From the human T2T-CHM13v2.0 reference genome, Homo sapiens: a DNA stretch of 64,000 nt. The DNA is taken from assembly GCF_009914755.1 (NCBI RefSeq), contig NC_060938.1; one strand, 5' to 3'. Position 1 is the first letter of the stretch, and each line of letters begins with the position of its first letter. Below the pieces are notes generated by a model. It had not been told where the DNA came from and ran no database searches. It saw only the letters and a program-made list of their open reading frames with translations. The translations under genes were made by a program, and so were the position numbers. This document shows positions 1 to 14,079 of the stretch, piece by piece.

Positions 1-162
1 CCTCTTTTCCTTTACCTACCCAAATCCTATAAAACGGCCCCACCCCTATCTCCCTTTGCTGACTCTCTTTTCGGACTCAGCCCACCTGCACCCAGGTGAT
101 TAAAAGGTTTATTGCTCACACAAAGCCTGTTTGGTGGTCTCTTCACACGGACGCGCATGAAA
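1..162 (+). mobile_element. 3' part of HERV-H LTR (LTR7 family), cut by window edge
   Basis: cctataaaacggccccacccctatctccc...cacccaggtgattaaaa...ctcttcacacggacgcgcatgaaa matches the recalled LTR7 R/U5 end. No primer-binding site follows, so it is a 3' or solo LTR. Confidence 0.9.
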
Positions 163-714
163 CTGTATCTTTTTAATTGTTTGCAAAGATTTGCCACCAT
201 ACATAACAGCACAGGGAACATTTTCGTGGAGAGGGGTTCTACTGTTTTGGAGGCTGGATTGGTGGGTGGATGGATGGGAGAGGTTGAACTGAAATTTCAT
301 CTTTGTGGGACTCTTGAAGAAACCCAGAGATGGCGCGAGGTACTCACAGAGTGAGAGGCTGAGCTAGGAGGGTCAGCCACCCAGCTCCCCTCCAGCCAGA
401 GCTTTGCTTTTGTCTCTTAGATGTTAGACCTTGGCAGACAGTGTTGTTTCACCAAAAAGTGGCACTGCTGAACATATATTTGAAACTCAGAGGTCAGAAT
501 TAGACCTAAGCAGATTCCTATCCAGCTCCCTTTTGTTCATTAAGGCATATTATCATTCATGAATGGGCATTGCATTTAATTAATCATTCATTCAGCACTT
601 TTTGAAGATCCATTCTGTGCCAGGCTAAATTCCAAAGGTAAACATACAGACAGGGAGTCCCTGCTTAACTGGCCCCAGTTTAGGTCAAGTGAGAGAGACA
701 CCGTAATGATGATC

Positions 715-890
715 ATGATAAAAGTTCACATTTATTGGCTTTTTACTAGTCACCAGTATATGCCCTTGTTTAATTCTCATAAGAGCCTTTTAAGGTTTTA
801 CCTGTGATATGCCCATTTTACAGATAAGGAGATTGAGGCTTAGTTATAAGCCAAAGGTCCAGGGGTAATAAGTGTCGTGCTGAGCTCTCT
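715..890 (-). mobile_element. MIR SINE fragment
   Basis: cccatttttacagataaggagattgaggcttag resembles the MIR core in reverse orientation. Confidence 0.65.
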
Positions 891-1615
891 ACTGCCATGC
901 AACCCTGCATCTCTTGAAGAGGTGACTTGTCAAACCATATGACAATGGCAGCATTGTGCAGTATAAACCATACAGTGCTTTACAGTGCTATGCCATATAA
1001 ACCCTGGAACATGACGTGCTTTCCAGGGCAAAAACGGCAGAAGTGACAAGGAGGAGAAATTTCTCTGACAAAGAACAATGGAATGCGGGGCTTTAAGCAT
1101 AACAAATCCTTTTGGGCTCTTTGAAAAACTGGGTCAGCTCCCAGTGCTGAACACCCTCTTTGCCTGGGGTTTTCTACCTGGAACTGTGTGCAGACGTCAT
1201 TACTGCCCCCCAGAGGACTGAATGGTCTGACAATGCTCTCCAAAGTTAATGACGAAAAATTATGCAAAATCTCAAGGAAATGAGAATCAGGGAAAATGTC
1301 TGTCACTCCATGCCACCATCCTTCCCTTTGGGGCTAAAGTTTTGAGACATGAAAACCAATCCATTTTAACACAAACCCCACGGATGCTTCTGGGAATGAA
1401 GAAAAGGCTGCATTTGCAAGGAGATAAAAGAAGGTAAGGTGGGTCCTCTTTGGCTCTGTTCTCTCCCCGTTACAGATTTCTGAAAAGGCATCATTTGGGG
1501 GACAGGAAACAGCTTGGGATCTAGCTACCAACTCAGAGTGTAACCTTGGGTGTCTCACTTCCCCTGGATGGCTCTTAGCCTCTCCTCTTGGGTCCCATGA
1601 AGGCATTAGACCAGG

Positions 1616-2660
1616 TGTTACAGTCCGGGCTGTCCAGAGAAACTGAGCCAATAAGAGCTATCTTACCTTTAGACACACATTCTTTATGCATATCTTTATA
1701 TACCTATATATCCATATCTATGTAGATATATAGGTATCTATATATGCATAAATTATATATTTTATGTATGTATTGTGAAAGGAAAATCTTGGGGCCCCCA
1801 AATTACTAAGCCGCAAGGAAAAGTCAAGCTGGGAACTGCTCAGGGCAAACTTACCTCCCGTTCTATTCAAAGTCATCCTTCTGCTCGCTGAGACAGATGC
1901 ATACCTGATTGCCTCCTTTGGGAAGGCTAATCAGAAACTCAAAAGAATGCAACCATTTGTCTCTCAACTACCTGTAACCTGGAAACTCCCTCCCTGCTTC
2001 GAGAACCAACGTATTTCTTACATATATTGATTGATGTCTCATGTCTCCCTAAAATGTATAAAATCCAGCTGTGCCCCGACCACCTTGGATGCATGTCATC
2101 AGGACTTCCTGAGGCTGTGTCACGCGTGTGCATCCTCAACCTTGGCAAAATAAACTTTCTAAGTTAACTGAGACTGTCTCAGATATTCAGGGTTCACAGT
2201 ATGTACAATACAAATTTTATTTATATATACACATGTGTATACAAACCTCCATATATATTTTATACATTATACATTCCTATATTTTCATATATTTATAATT
2301 TATATTACACATATAGAGAGAGATTTATGTGAAGGAATGGGCGGGAGCTGTTATGGGGGCTGGCAGGTCTGGTATCTGTAGGGCAAGCCAGTGGACTGAA
2401 CACACAGGCTCAGGTCGAAGCTGTAGTCTTCAGGTAGAATTTCTTCTCCAGAGAACTTCAGTTTTTACTCTCCAGACCTTTGACTGATTAAATGAGGCCA
2501 ATCTATATTATGAAGGATAATCTTTTTTAGTTAAAGTCAACTGATTATGACTGTCAACCTTATCTACAGAATATCTTCACAGGAGCCAACACCTGGATTG
2601 TAGTTGATTAAATAACTGAGTACTAGAGCCCAGTCAAGCTGACTCACGAGGCTAACATCG
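1616..2660 (-). mobile_element. MLT2-family (ERVL) LTR, split by MER4A1
   Basis: Starts tgttacagtccgggctgtccagagaaactgagccaataag, has an internal (TA)-rich tract, resumes at gagagagatttat, and ends cccagtcaagctgac. Confidence 0.7.
1774..2198 (+). mobile_element. MER4A1-like solo LTR (ERV1)
   Basis: TG...CA ends (tgtgaaaggaaaatcttggggccccc ... gggttcaca). Perfect 4-bp TSD GTAT at 1770-1773 and 2199-2202. Confidence 0.85.
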
Positions 2661-2912
2661 AACCAGGTGGTCTCCAAAGTCCCTTCCAGCTGAGAAGGAG
2701 CAGAGACTCACTGATCCTCTGGGCCCCAGCGATACTAGAAGAAGCAGGGGATGCCCCTGGAATGGGTCTGTTCAAGCCTCCATCGTTTCTCACACTTCCC
2801 AATCCACTAAGCCCAGTGCAGGCTCCGGAGAAGGGAGCCTGGTCCCCACCCCAGCTCTGCCACACAGCACCTAGGAGCTCTTAGGACTAAAACCTGGTCT
2901 TATCACCTGTCA

Positions 2913-3257
<345 letters not shown>

Positions 3258-3339
3258 TTAAAGGAAATGGTATTTGTGAGCTCCTTAGCAGAGTAACAGG
3301 CACATCAAAAGTGCTCAGAAAATCTGTACTCAGAACCCC

Positions 3340-3800
3340 AATACCCACAGCCTGAGGAGCCAATTACTCTCCTCTTGTTCTCTCTAAAACCCCCTTCAAT
3401 CAGGCTGACACCTCTGCCCCTCCCCCAAAGTTGCTGTGGTCAAGGTCAGCTGAGCCATCAGCAGCAGTGCTGCCCTGGCGGTTCCCTCACTCCTGGAAAC
3501 ACTCCCTTGCTTTGATGTCCCGAGTCCACTACATGACCCCATCATTCCTCCTGCTTCCCTGGCTGCTCCCCTCCCCTCCCCTTGGTTGGTCCCTCCTCAT
3601 CACCCGCACCCTGCACCTCTATACCTCTTCCCTGCTTAGTTTTATTCAATTGCTACGTGCAACTTGTTTATTTTCCCTGGCTCCTCCCACCGTGAATCCG
3701 TGAAGGCAGGTGCTTTGACTGTTTTGTTAATTACTTTACCCCAGCGTCTAGAAGAGTGCCTTGTGCATGGATGTTTGTCAGTGGACGAATCAATACATGT
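3340..3800 (+). mobile_element. L2 LINE fragments
   Basis: Degenerate L2-like pyrimidine-rich body and L2 3'-end motif (tgaaggcagg...cccagcgtctagaagagtgcct). Confidence 0.55.
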
Positions 3801-5049
3801 GATTGATGATGACAATGGTGGCAATGGCAGTGACGACATGACGAAGTGTGCACATACCCTAGATGCTGTTCAAACAACACCCAGTTTGGACGGAACAAAG
3901 GTGTGCAGTGAAAAGTATATAAAGAGGATGTGATCAAATCTGACTTCTCATCCCAGTACCCTCTGTTCATTACAAGTAGCTTAACTCACCTGAGCTGGAT
4001 TCATCCCAGAGATTTAGACAATATCCAGCCCAAGAACCAAGGGATAGTCAGATTCTACTTCTAACTGAAGAAGGTAAGTGCACCCACCCATACTTGGAGA
4101 ACTCTCTTCCCTGAGATAAGCTGGCTTGACCGGCTGGAGCCGAAATGGCTGCCCTGTTCCCACACTCGCCTGCTGATGGCTTGTGTCTGGGCTTACGTCT
4201 CTTTTCCCCGGACCCTGCCCCTAGCTCCTTCTCCTTCTTCTGCTTTCCCCAGCCTCTCAGCTTCCAAAGATACTGCCTAGAGCCCTTTATAGCTGCTTTC
4301 TTTCCCTTCTCATTTCTATTCCTGCCTTATTTCACCGGCATGTACACTTTACTTATTTTACAGCGAGCCTACAATTTTGAATCCAGCTTTTAGTCTTAAC
4401 ATCATGGCCTCCACATTGTATGCAGTTGCAGAATGTTCTCATTTTTATGCCCCAGTAAGTGTGCTGATTGGATTATCCATCACCCACTCAGTGTTGGAGC
4501 TGGGCTCTGTGCTAGGTCCGTCTCGGTTTCCAAGGAGCTTGCAGCCTGGCTTCAAGATTTCATGCCCACGCTAGCTTAAATAGTCCTTATTATTGGATGT
4601 TTGGGGTTTGTTCAGATATCCCCTTTGGTAAATGATTCTGGGATTAATATCGTTGGGCATAAGGGTTTTCCCAGTTTGGGGGTCGTTCATTTCTTTGACC
4701 TTTTATGGAGCACCTCTATACTGTCAGGCGGTCTGCATTCAACTCGACAACATCCCTGCATTCCCATCCCCTTCTTTGCTGCATCACAACCAAATTTCCC
4801 AGAGGCATCTTTAAATGAGGTTTCTGCTTCATTTCTACAAATGAGAAGCCCTTGCTTGACACATGGCAGGAAAAAGAGAAGAAGCTGTTCCTATTCAAAG
4901 GAATCTGAGGATAGGCAGCTGGGATCGTCAGTACCAAATGCCCTTTGCTTCCTGGTGTCCACTGCAGTCTTCCTGCTCCAGGGATGTGGGCAGCTGGGAT
5001 CACCGACGGTGCCTTTGCTGTAAAACCCAAGCCTTTATACTACCTCGGA

Positions 5050-5445
5050 TGGATGATGTGGTGTTCCTCTCATATCCTCTCTTCAGGGGGCTGATGGGTC
5101 ACAGTTGTATCCCTCACTGGACATTGCCCTCCCCGTGGGGTTTGGCCTTGCCCAAGCTTACATCCTTTCCAAAAGAACGGCCAGTAGCCAGTGGCTGGCC
5201 AGTGCCTAGATACAAAGGCCCAGCTCTCTTTTTCTGATTTGAGACAACACTGAAGACCATCCCAGCTCCAGAACTCCCCGTAAGACTGGCTGAGGCTTTG
5301 CAGCAACCACACTGCGAGTCAGCATCTCCTTCCACCCAGTCCTCCTTCCTCCTTTCCTTACAGCTGCATCCCCAAGACACTTTTCAGTAAACCTTCTATA
5401 TACAACTGTCCTTCTCAGAGCTGTTTCCAGGGAACCCCTAGACAC
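5050..5445 (+). mobile_element. LTR16-like ERVL LTR
   Basis: ccagctccagaactccccgtaagactggctgaggct...gtaaaccttct...ctcagagctgtttccagggaacccc resembles the LTR16 3' half. Confidence 0.55.
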
Positions 5446-5469
5446 TGATCTTTGCTGCCCAAGCTCTTA

Positions 5470-8400
5470 CAATGATCACATAAGCCATACAATTTCAGAG
5501 TATGTATTTGCTATGGCAACTGCACTGATTATCTTGATGAAAACAGAAATTGAGGCTGGAAGTAAAGCTCTGTTATGGCAACAAACCTAAAATACGTGAT
5601 ACTTGCTTCATTGTGGGGTGACAGGCATTGAGGAAAATTATAACTTAGGAAGCAAATATGTCAATTCATGTTGTCCTAAAACACTACCATGTGTGGTGAA
5701 ACCTGCCTATGGTTATTTCGGAAGCAGACCATGTGCTTACTAAATTGACAACTCTAGGGTTGGACTTGGAAAACATGTCTTCAGTGCTATGTGTTGGTTG
5801 CTATTGGCTGCATTCATAAGGTATTATAAGAAGAGATGAGCTTACAGTGAAAAAAAAGTTGGGGGGAGGGGAGCAGAGAGGGAGGAATAGAGAGAATCCA
5901 GAAATGTGAAGATTAGACCATGAAAAGCCAAGTGCTTCTGGATCCCAAACAGGAAGACATGGAGCAAAAAAGTCTTTAAGGTATAAAAGCTCAACCAAAT
6001 TTCCCTGTAAAGATCAATTCATGGCAAAGATCAGAGTAAGGGCAGGATTTTCCTACCTACTACTCCAGATGACTTCAGTGGCGCGTCCATTGAGTTGGGT
6101 GGGGCACAGGGCAAGGGAGTGAAGAAATAATGCAGATTGAGAACCAGTTTTAAAATAGTTTTTTGGGTGCAGTTACTGATGCATGGATTTGGCTGGGAGC
6201 AAATAAATCACGAGTGTATAGCATACCTCAAAGATACTGTGGGTTTGATTTCAGACCACCGCGATAAAGTGAAAACCAAAATCAAGTGAGATACATGAAT
6301 ATTTTGGTTTCCCAGTGCATATAAATTTATGTTTACACATGCTGTAAGCTATTAGGTGTGCAATAGCATTATGTCTAAAAATGTACATACCATAATTTTA
6401 AAATACTTTATTGCTGAAAACTGCTAACAAATCATCTAAGCCTTCAATGAATTGTAATCTTTTCATTGGTGTAGGGTCTTGCCTTGATGCTGAAAGCTGC
6501 TGACTGATCAGGGTGACGGTTGCTGATGGTTGGTGTGGCTGTGACAATTTATTAAAATAGACAAACATGAAGTTTCCCATATCGATTAACTCTTTTCTTC
6601 ACAAAATATTCTCTGTAGTATTGTATGCTCTTAGATAGCATTTTACCCACAGTAGAACTTCTTTCAAAATTGAAGTCAGTCCTCTCAAACCCTATCACTG
6701 CTTTATCAACTCATTGTATGTAATATTCTAAATCCTTTGCTGTCATTTCAATAATATTCAAAGCATCTTCACTGGGAGTTGACTTCATCTCAAGAGATTT
6801 TAGCAATTCACTGATATCTTCAAGTTTCCCTTCTAATTCTAGTTCTCTTGCTGTTTCCACTACATCAGTAGTTACTTCCTCTGCAAAGTCTTGAACCCCT
6901 GGAAGTCATTCATGAGGGTTGAAATCAATGTCTTTCAAATTCCTGTTCATATTGATATTTTGACTTCCTCCTATGGATAAGGAATGTTCTTAATGACATT
7001 TAGAATGGTGAGTGTTTTCCAGAAAGTATTCAATTTACTTTGTCCAGATCCATCAGAGGATTCACTATCTATGGCAGCTATAGCCTTATAAAATGTATTT
7101 CTTAAATAATAAGACTTGAAAGTCAAAATTACCTCTTGATCCTTGGGCTGCAGAATGGATGTTGTGCTAGCAAGCATCGAAACAATATTCGTCTCCTTGT
7201 ACAGCTCCATCAGAGCTCTTGGGTGACTAGGCTCGTTGTCAATGAGCAGTAATATTTTGAAAGGAATCTTTTCTTATGAGCAGTAAGTCTCAACAGGGGA
7301 CTTAAGATACTCAGTAATTTATTCAGTAATCAATTTCATTAATTTCTCCTCTTCAGCTATGGAAGTCCTAGATGGCCTTTTCTTCTAGTAGAAGGCTGTT
7401 TCATCTACGCTGAAGCCACCTTCATCAGTGGTCTTCTGGATAACTTGCTGCAACTTCTACATCAGCACTTGCTGCTTTCCCTTGCTCTTACATGTTATGG
7501 AGACAGCTTCTTTCCTTAAACCTCATGAACCAACCTTTGCTAGCTTCCAGCTTTTCTTCTGCAGCTTCTTCACTTCTCTCAACCTTCACAGAACTGAAGA
7601 GAGTTGGGGCCTTGTTCTGGGTTAGGCTTTGGCTTAAGAAAATGTGGCTGACTTGATCTTCTATTCTTATCACTAAAACTTTCTCCATATCAGCAATAAG
7701 GCTGCTTAGCCTTCTTATCTTTTGTGTGTTTACTGGAGCAGCACTTTTAATTTCCTTCAAGAATTTTTCCTTTACATTCACAACTTGGCTAACTGGCCCA
7801 AGAGGCCTAGCTTTTGGTCTGTCTCACTTTTTTGACATGCCTCCCTCACTAAGCTTAATCATTTCTAGCTTTTAATTTAAAGTGACAGACGTGTGACTTT
7901 TCTTTTCACCTGAATGCTTCAAGGCCCATTGTAGGGTTATTAACTGGCCTAATGGCAATATTGTTATGTCTCAGGAAATAGGGAGGCTTGAGGAGAGGGG
8001 GAGAGATGATAGATCAGCTAATCAATGAAGCAGTCAGAACACATGCATTTATCAACTAAGTTCACTGTTTATGGCACCCCAAGACAATTGCAGTAGTGAC
8101 ATCAGAGATCATTGATCACAGATCACCATAACAGATATAATAATGAAAAAGTCTGAAGTATTTTGAGATTACCAAAATGTGAAACAGAGACACAAAGTGA
8201 GCACATGCTGTTAGAAAAATAAGACTTGCTGAACACAGAGTTGCTATAACCCTTTAATTTGTAATAGATGGAATATCTGTGAAGTGCAAAAAAGTGAAGT
8301 GCAATAAAATGAAGTTTATACTTGTGCTACATTTTTGAGGGTCATGTTACCAAAGAACCATACAGACAGACTGAATAAGACCTTCAGTCTTCAAGCCTTA

Positions 8401-9240
8401 AGGCTTGTACCAAACTTTTAGAACAGCAGTCCATAAGGAGGGCTTATTTCTCAATGCCTGATTCATGTGCTACCAAGGAAGCTTACAAAAAAAGAAATAA
8501 CCTCATGGGTGGAACCAGGCTCATGGAGAAAAGTGAACAAAGCAGCATCTCTCAGAGAGCAAAACTAGAGCCTAACCATGGATGCCGAGGATATGGGCTT
8601 TCATGACGTCTGCCCAGTGGGATTTCAGAATTGCTATGGACAGTGACTCTATGTACTTCCCATCCTTCCCTTTTCCAAGTGGGAGGTGCCTATTGAGGCC
8701 ATATTATCTCAGTTTCATCATTATATATTGGAAGCAGGGTTGGCAGGTGACTTTTTTTTTTTTTCCAGTTTTGATATCCTTGGACCAAAAGGAGCCACAT
8801 GCAAACTTGCTGGGAAGATGGCCAGACATCACCCAGAGATCTGAGTTTGAACTGGATGTGGTGACTGGGGGAGATTTTAGAGGAGGGGTTGAGTGAGCTC
8901 TATGTGGGGGCAGAAAGAAATGAGAAGACAGTGATGAGAAGGGCACACTCAGCAGAGATGGCATACACCAAGTATTCCATGTGATTCTTTGCACTTCTCA
9001 GCCTCCCTTGCAGCTGGATTGAGACTGTGAATAATTATGGCCTGTGAATGCAAGTGGCATGTGTCTTTCTCTCTTGCAGAGGCAGTATATATCAAGTGAC
9101 ATACTAAAAAGTAGAAGAGACCCCCCTGAGCACATTGAACTTTACACAAGGAAAAACATAAACCTTTATTCCATGAAGTCATAGAGATTCCTGGGTTAGT
9201 TAGTTTCTGCAGCAGACCCTAGCCTGTCCTGACTAATATT
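5470..9240 (+). mobile_element. Old MLT1 (MaLR) element remnant (LTR end, internal region, LTR), split by Tigger1
   Basis: LTR-end-like sequence at about 5500-5545 followed by gaaattg internal start. MaLR-internal-like sequence at 8330-8940. LTR end cctagcctgtcctgactaata at about 9218-9238. Confidence 0.5.
6219..8324 (-). mobile_element. Tigger1 DNA transposon, near full length with internal deletions, dead transposase
   Basis: Both terminal regions present (gcatacctc...; ...gcaataaaatgaagtttatacttg). Minus-strand ORF pieces 7488-7781 ([16 protein letters not shown]...IADMEKVLV) and 6971-7210 ([25 protein letters not shown]) are Tigger1 transposase. Confidence 0.92.
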
Positions 9241-9922
9241 CTGACTATGTGCTACTTTTCTTCAAGTCACTGAGTAGGAACAGATATTGAATAACAAAAT
9301 AGCATGTTTAGGTAGTTATGAAGTTTCCAAATTTTAATAAAATTCTGATGCTCCTGGTCCCTGGACTTCTAGAACCTCTTCTGAACCAGTCTACAAGTTT
9401 GGTTGCACTTATTTTTTCTGCTTTTATTTCTGAGCGTGAGGGAGGAGCTGGAAGACTCACTGATAGCTCTCTCTCCTCTTTCTCACTCTAGCCCTTCAGT
9501 AAACTGTGTGGGCTAGGTTTGGGGGAAACTTACATTATTTTATATTCTTTAATTTACTGAAATACTATGTATTTATATATAAATAATATACAACTGCATT
9601 TATAAATAGTATTATGCTAGAGGACACACTCACTGGACTTTCCTCTATACTCTCCAATCCTACATTAAGTTATATTCAGGTTTGAGGTCCCCCATGGGAC
9701 TAGGTTGTTTCATTCCTTCATGCTTTGTCTGCACTCCTTCTTCTGTCTGGAACATCCTCTCTCCCCACCACCTTCTCCATACCCCAAACTCACCCGTTCA
9801 TTTTCTCAAATTGGGCTCTCTCTGTGCTCCTGGGCTGACTAGACCACCCCCTCCTTGGTGAACCTGTGGTGCCTCCAGTACCCCAAACTCATCACAGGAA
9901 GGCCCTGTAGACATTTCCCTTC

Positions 9923-10396
9923 TGTGATAATTAATTCCATGTGTCAACTTGACTGAGCTAAGAGATGCCCAGATAGCTGGTAAAACATGATTTCTGGGTG
10001 CATCTGTGAGGGTGTTTCCAGAAGAGATTAGCATTTGAATGAATGGACTGAGTAGAGAATGTGGGTGGGTGACATCCAATCTGTTGAGGGCCCAGATAGA
10101 AAAAAATGACAGAAGAGGGGCAAATTCTCTTTCTTCTTCAGCTGGAACTTCCATCTTTTCCTGACCTTTGACATTGACTCCTTGTTCTTGGGCCCTCAGA
10201 CTCCAGGACTTACACCAGCAGCCCCTCTGTTCTCAGGCCTTTGGACTCAGATTGAATTACATCACCAGCTTTCCTCGGTCTCCAGCTTGCAGATGGCAAA
10301 TCATGGAACTTCTCAGACTCCAAAATCACATAAGCCAATTGCCATAATAAATCTCCTTTTAGATCTCTCTCTTGCTCTTTCTTTCTGTGTTTGTAC

Positions 10397-10430
<34 letters not shown>

Positions 10431-10478
10431 CTATATATCTTATTGGTTCTGTTTCTCTGAAAAGTCTTGACTAATACA
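9923..10478 (+). mobile_element. MLT2 solo LTR with internal (TA)(CA)n
   Basis: tgtgataattaattccatgtgtcaacttgactgagcta...ttgactaataca. 5-bp TSD ccttc/ccctc. Confidence 0.85.
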
Positions 10479-12149
10479 CCCTCTGTCTTCCCTTCCCTTC
10501 TCAACTGTGGGGTCCTGGAGCCAATATCTGTGTTCTGTGGTCTCTGTTTCCCCTGCACCAGCACATCTCATTTTGAGTTATCCACTGGTCTTGGCTTGTG
10601 TGACTTTGGCTTTGGGAGGAGGAGTCCTTGGGAATTGAAGGCTCCTGCTATGCTGAGACCATGGGAGGTGGGGAGCTCTGACTATGCTGGTCCTCAAAAC
10701 AGGACAACCAACCACCCCTTCGCTGCATCTCTCTGCTTTCAGGACTTGAGTGTTGCTCTTGAAAGTAAGGAAACCCAGGGAGAATGGTGAGGAAATAAAT
10801 CCAAGAACTAAGAAAGGAGAAATCCCTAGATGAGCTCTCTCTTTGGAATTCCTCATGGAATAGGACAGGCCCCAGAGGACACTAACTCCACCAAGATCAG
10901 ACACCTGAATGTGCTGAGCCAACTAAATTTATGCTCCAATTACCCTCTGTTGTTCCTCCTAGATGTTCAGTGAACTTTTTGGAAGTTCTTGTGGCCTCAG
11001 CACAAGGACTCCAAAAACAGGAGCTTGGTCTTATGCAAGCTCCATTATTCAAGGGTGACAGTATCCTCACGGGAACCTGAATAGCCAGAGACAGGAGAAC
11101 AGGGACAGAGCAAAGGATGCCATGTGGACTGCCACCACCCCACACCTGCAGGTTTAAACACTGAGTATGTTTCAATAAGAAAACTGTTCCCAAAAGGCTC
11201 TTTGCAAGACCAATATGAAAACAAAGCCTGGATATATGCTGAGCAGTGACACCTGAAGTGAGGAGGCTCCCATATTTCTCCCTCATATCCCACACAGGCA
11301 GGGTAGTCATCTTCCCAGGGATCTCACCTATTATAGCTAGTGTTGCTGACCACCTGCTATCTGCTCTTCCCTGTTAGAAGTCACCCCTGCACCATTCCAA
11401 GTTTCCCACCGATTCGGCCAACACTGATTCACTGGCTACATGTACCAGGCACTGTGCTAACCACTGATGGTCTGAAATGAGTAAGGTGTATGCAGTAAAC
11501 GGCAACATTTTAGAGGGCCAGCCTTCTAAAATGTGCACCATCCAAATGGCTAAGACTGATCTCAGCCCAACATGAGACAAAGGCCCAGATGGTCAATGTC
11601 CCCTTCCCATTTCAGTTTTACAGTTTCCCTGTTGAGCAACTTTCCCTGAGCTGTTCTCAGGCACCAGTGTCCTCAAGGTACCCTGCAGAATTCTCCACCA
11701 TCCTCCAGTAAGGAGCTGCACACCCTCATCAAAGCTGGCCAATCCACTGTCTATTTACCCAGAACTCAACTGACCACAAAACATTTGTTTTCTTCTTTGA
11801 AGCTCTGTAGACAACTCATTCACCCAACAAACACTTAAGAAGTCCCTTCTAGGTGGTGGTCACCCTGGAGTAGACCGTGGGGTACGATGAAAAATGAGAC
11901 AGTGATACTGCCTTCAAGGAGTGAAGGCTCAAAGGGGCAAGGTGGACACACAGTGCCCCATAGCATGGCAGGTAAGATGGCAGGAGTCAGGACATGCAAC
12001 AACATAAAGGAATGTAGAGTCAATGCATTCTGAGGACAAATGATTCCAGAGAGGCTTTGGGGAGGAGATTAAGCAAAAGGCATGAGCAGTTGTTCTTGGG
12101 TTTCCAGGAGAAGGGGTCAGCTGGGGGTTTGTGTAGAAAACATCTCTCA

Positions 12150-12740
12150 GGACCATGGCCATTGGCCTCCTAAAGGTTCACTGAAAAATCGCTAGAATGA
12201 GACTGATGGATTAACTGGGGAAAAGGCATAAAAATATATTTAATTTTTATTCAGAATGAAGATCCAACTTCCCAACGAGCTACAGGAACTTATATATCAT
12301 TTTGAAATTACAGAAAAAATGGGGGCTTGGATTCTGGTAAAACAGGTTATTGGAAGGGGGAGATGAGGAATTCTATTGAAGGGCAATAAGTGAGTGCTAT
12401 GAAGAGTGATTGGATGGGGAACAGAGCTTACCTTGTAAATAGTAAATAGTTTTCTTTGGAATGCAGATGATCCTTGGACAGTCACTATGCTTGTAAAAGA
12501 GTCTGTTCAGGTGTAGTCACATCTTGGTCTTCTTTTCTGCAATAGATAATGAGATAATAGGGAGGGGAAGAAAGAACAGTTGTTCTCCTTGGTGGGTCTG
12601 GATTTTAGGTAGATAAAGAAACTTCAGCTTCTGTGGGAGAAATGGTGGAAGAAGGGGGAGGTCAGGGAGACCTGAGCCTTCTTCTGTTCAGCATGTCAAA
12701 ATGCCATATTTTGGAGTATCAGTTTCTGAGCTCCAATACA
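12150..12740 (-). mobile_element. ERV1 LTR (MER34/MER39/LTR29-like)
   Basis: Reverse complement begins ...ttggagctcagaaactgatactccaaaatatggcattttgacatgctgaac. Subfamily uncertain. Confidence 0.6.
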
Positions 12741-12841
12741 ACATTCAGCAGAAGGAAATAGCATGAGCAAAATCACAGTAGTATAAATTATCCATGGGAA
12801 TTCTCCACATTCTAGATGGTAAGGGAAAGTCCAGTCATAAT

Positions 12842-13939
12842 TGTTAAAATAATGAAATGGGAGGTCACTAGTTTGAGGTGGCTCTGACACCCTGGGTTCC
12901 TGTATAAGCCAACTGAAACCTAACTCAGGAATTAAAAGAAAACAAAACTTAAGCTCAACTAATCATAGGCAGCCAACTGGGCATTCGTTATCTTGTCTTA
13001 AACTTCCTATTAGGATAGTTCAAATGAGGCTATGACCACCCAATGAGTTCACCATGCCCACTGCCCAGATAGAGCCAATTTATCGAAACAGGGGAATTGC
13101 AATAGAGAAAGAGTTTAACACACATAGAGTCAACTAACCAGGACAACAGAGTTTTATTATTACTCAGATTGGCCTCCCCTAAAATTTGGAAGGTAGGATT
13201 TTTCAAAGATTGGGGTGCAGGGGGCTAGAGAATGGATGCTGCTGATTGGTTGAGTATGTAATCACAGGGGTGTGGAAAATGGTCCTCATTCTCTGAGTCT
13301 GCTTTGGGTTGGGACCATAGGATTGGTTGTGTGGAGAGTCACGGGTCTGGGTGGGGTCATCTGCTCATGAGAAATGCAAAAGTCTGAAAAGACATCTTAA
13401 AAGGCCAATCTTAATTCTACAATAGTAATGTGATTTACAGGAGTAATTGGGGAAGTTGCAAATTTTATGACCTCTGGAATAATGGCTGGTAATCATTTAA
13501 CTATAAATTCAGACCTCTCTCATCCTTCTAACTTGGTGACTTTTCATTAGTTTTACATAGGGGCTTTAGTTTTGGGGAAGATCTATTATCATTTAAACTA
13601 TAAAATTTCTCCCAACCTTAGCTTGGCCAACACCTAGAAGTGACCAGGGCTCTTTGGAGGTTAAAGGCAAAATGGAGTTGGTTAGGTTGGATCTCTTTCA
13701 CTGTTGCAATTTTCCCACTGTTATAATTTTTGCAAAGGCTATTTCAAGGCAATTGCTCAAACGTTAACTAATCAAATAATTTTTTTGCTCTGCTTCCACA
13801 TTTGTTCTACAAAAGCCTTTCCTTCAAACCTCTTTGGCAAGCCCTGAACCATTTGAATTCTGGAGCTGCCCAGTTCATGGATTGTTGAATGCTCAAATAA
13901 GCTCTAATATTTTAATGTGCCTCAGTTTATCTTTTAACA
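12842..13939 (+). mobile_element. LTR47-like LTR, split by LTR8
   Basis: tgttaaaataatgaaatgggagg...ccctgggttcct start and cctcagtttatcttttaaca end. TG...CA termini. No clean TSD read. Confidence 0.65.
13031..13746 (-). mobile_element. LTR8/LTR8A solo LTR (ERV1)
   Basis: Ends ttataatttttgcaaaggctatttca, the reverse of the LTR8 start. Perfect 4-bp TSD AGGC at 13027-13030 and 13747-13750. Confidence 0.85.
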
Positions 13940-14079
13940 AAATGTATGGTGTGTGTGTGTGTGCACATTTATGTGCTGTTGGGGAAAGAAGTACACAGGA
14001 CAGGAAGGAGTAGGCAGGGGCCAGATTCTGCAGGGCTTGTGAGACATGTGAGAGAGAGGCTGGACTTTTCCCTGTGGAC

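Noticed and set aside
1434-1475. Donor at 1434 and acceptor at 1475 as a mini-intron
   Set aside because: About 42 nt, below the practical minimum for human introns.
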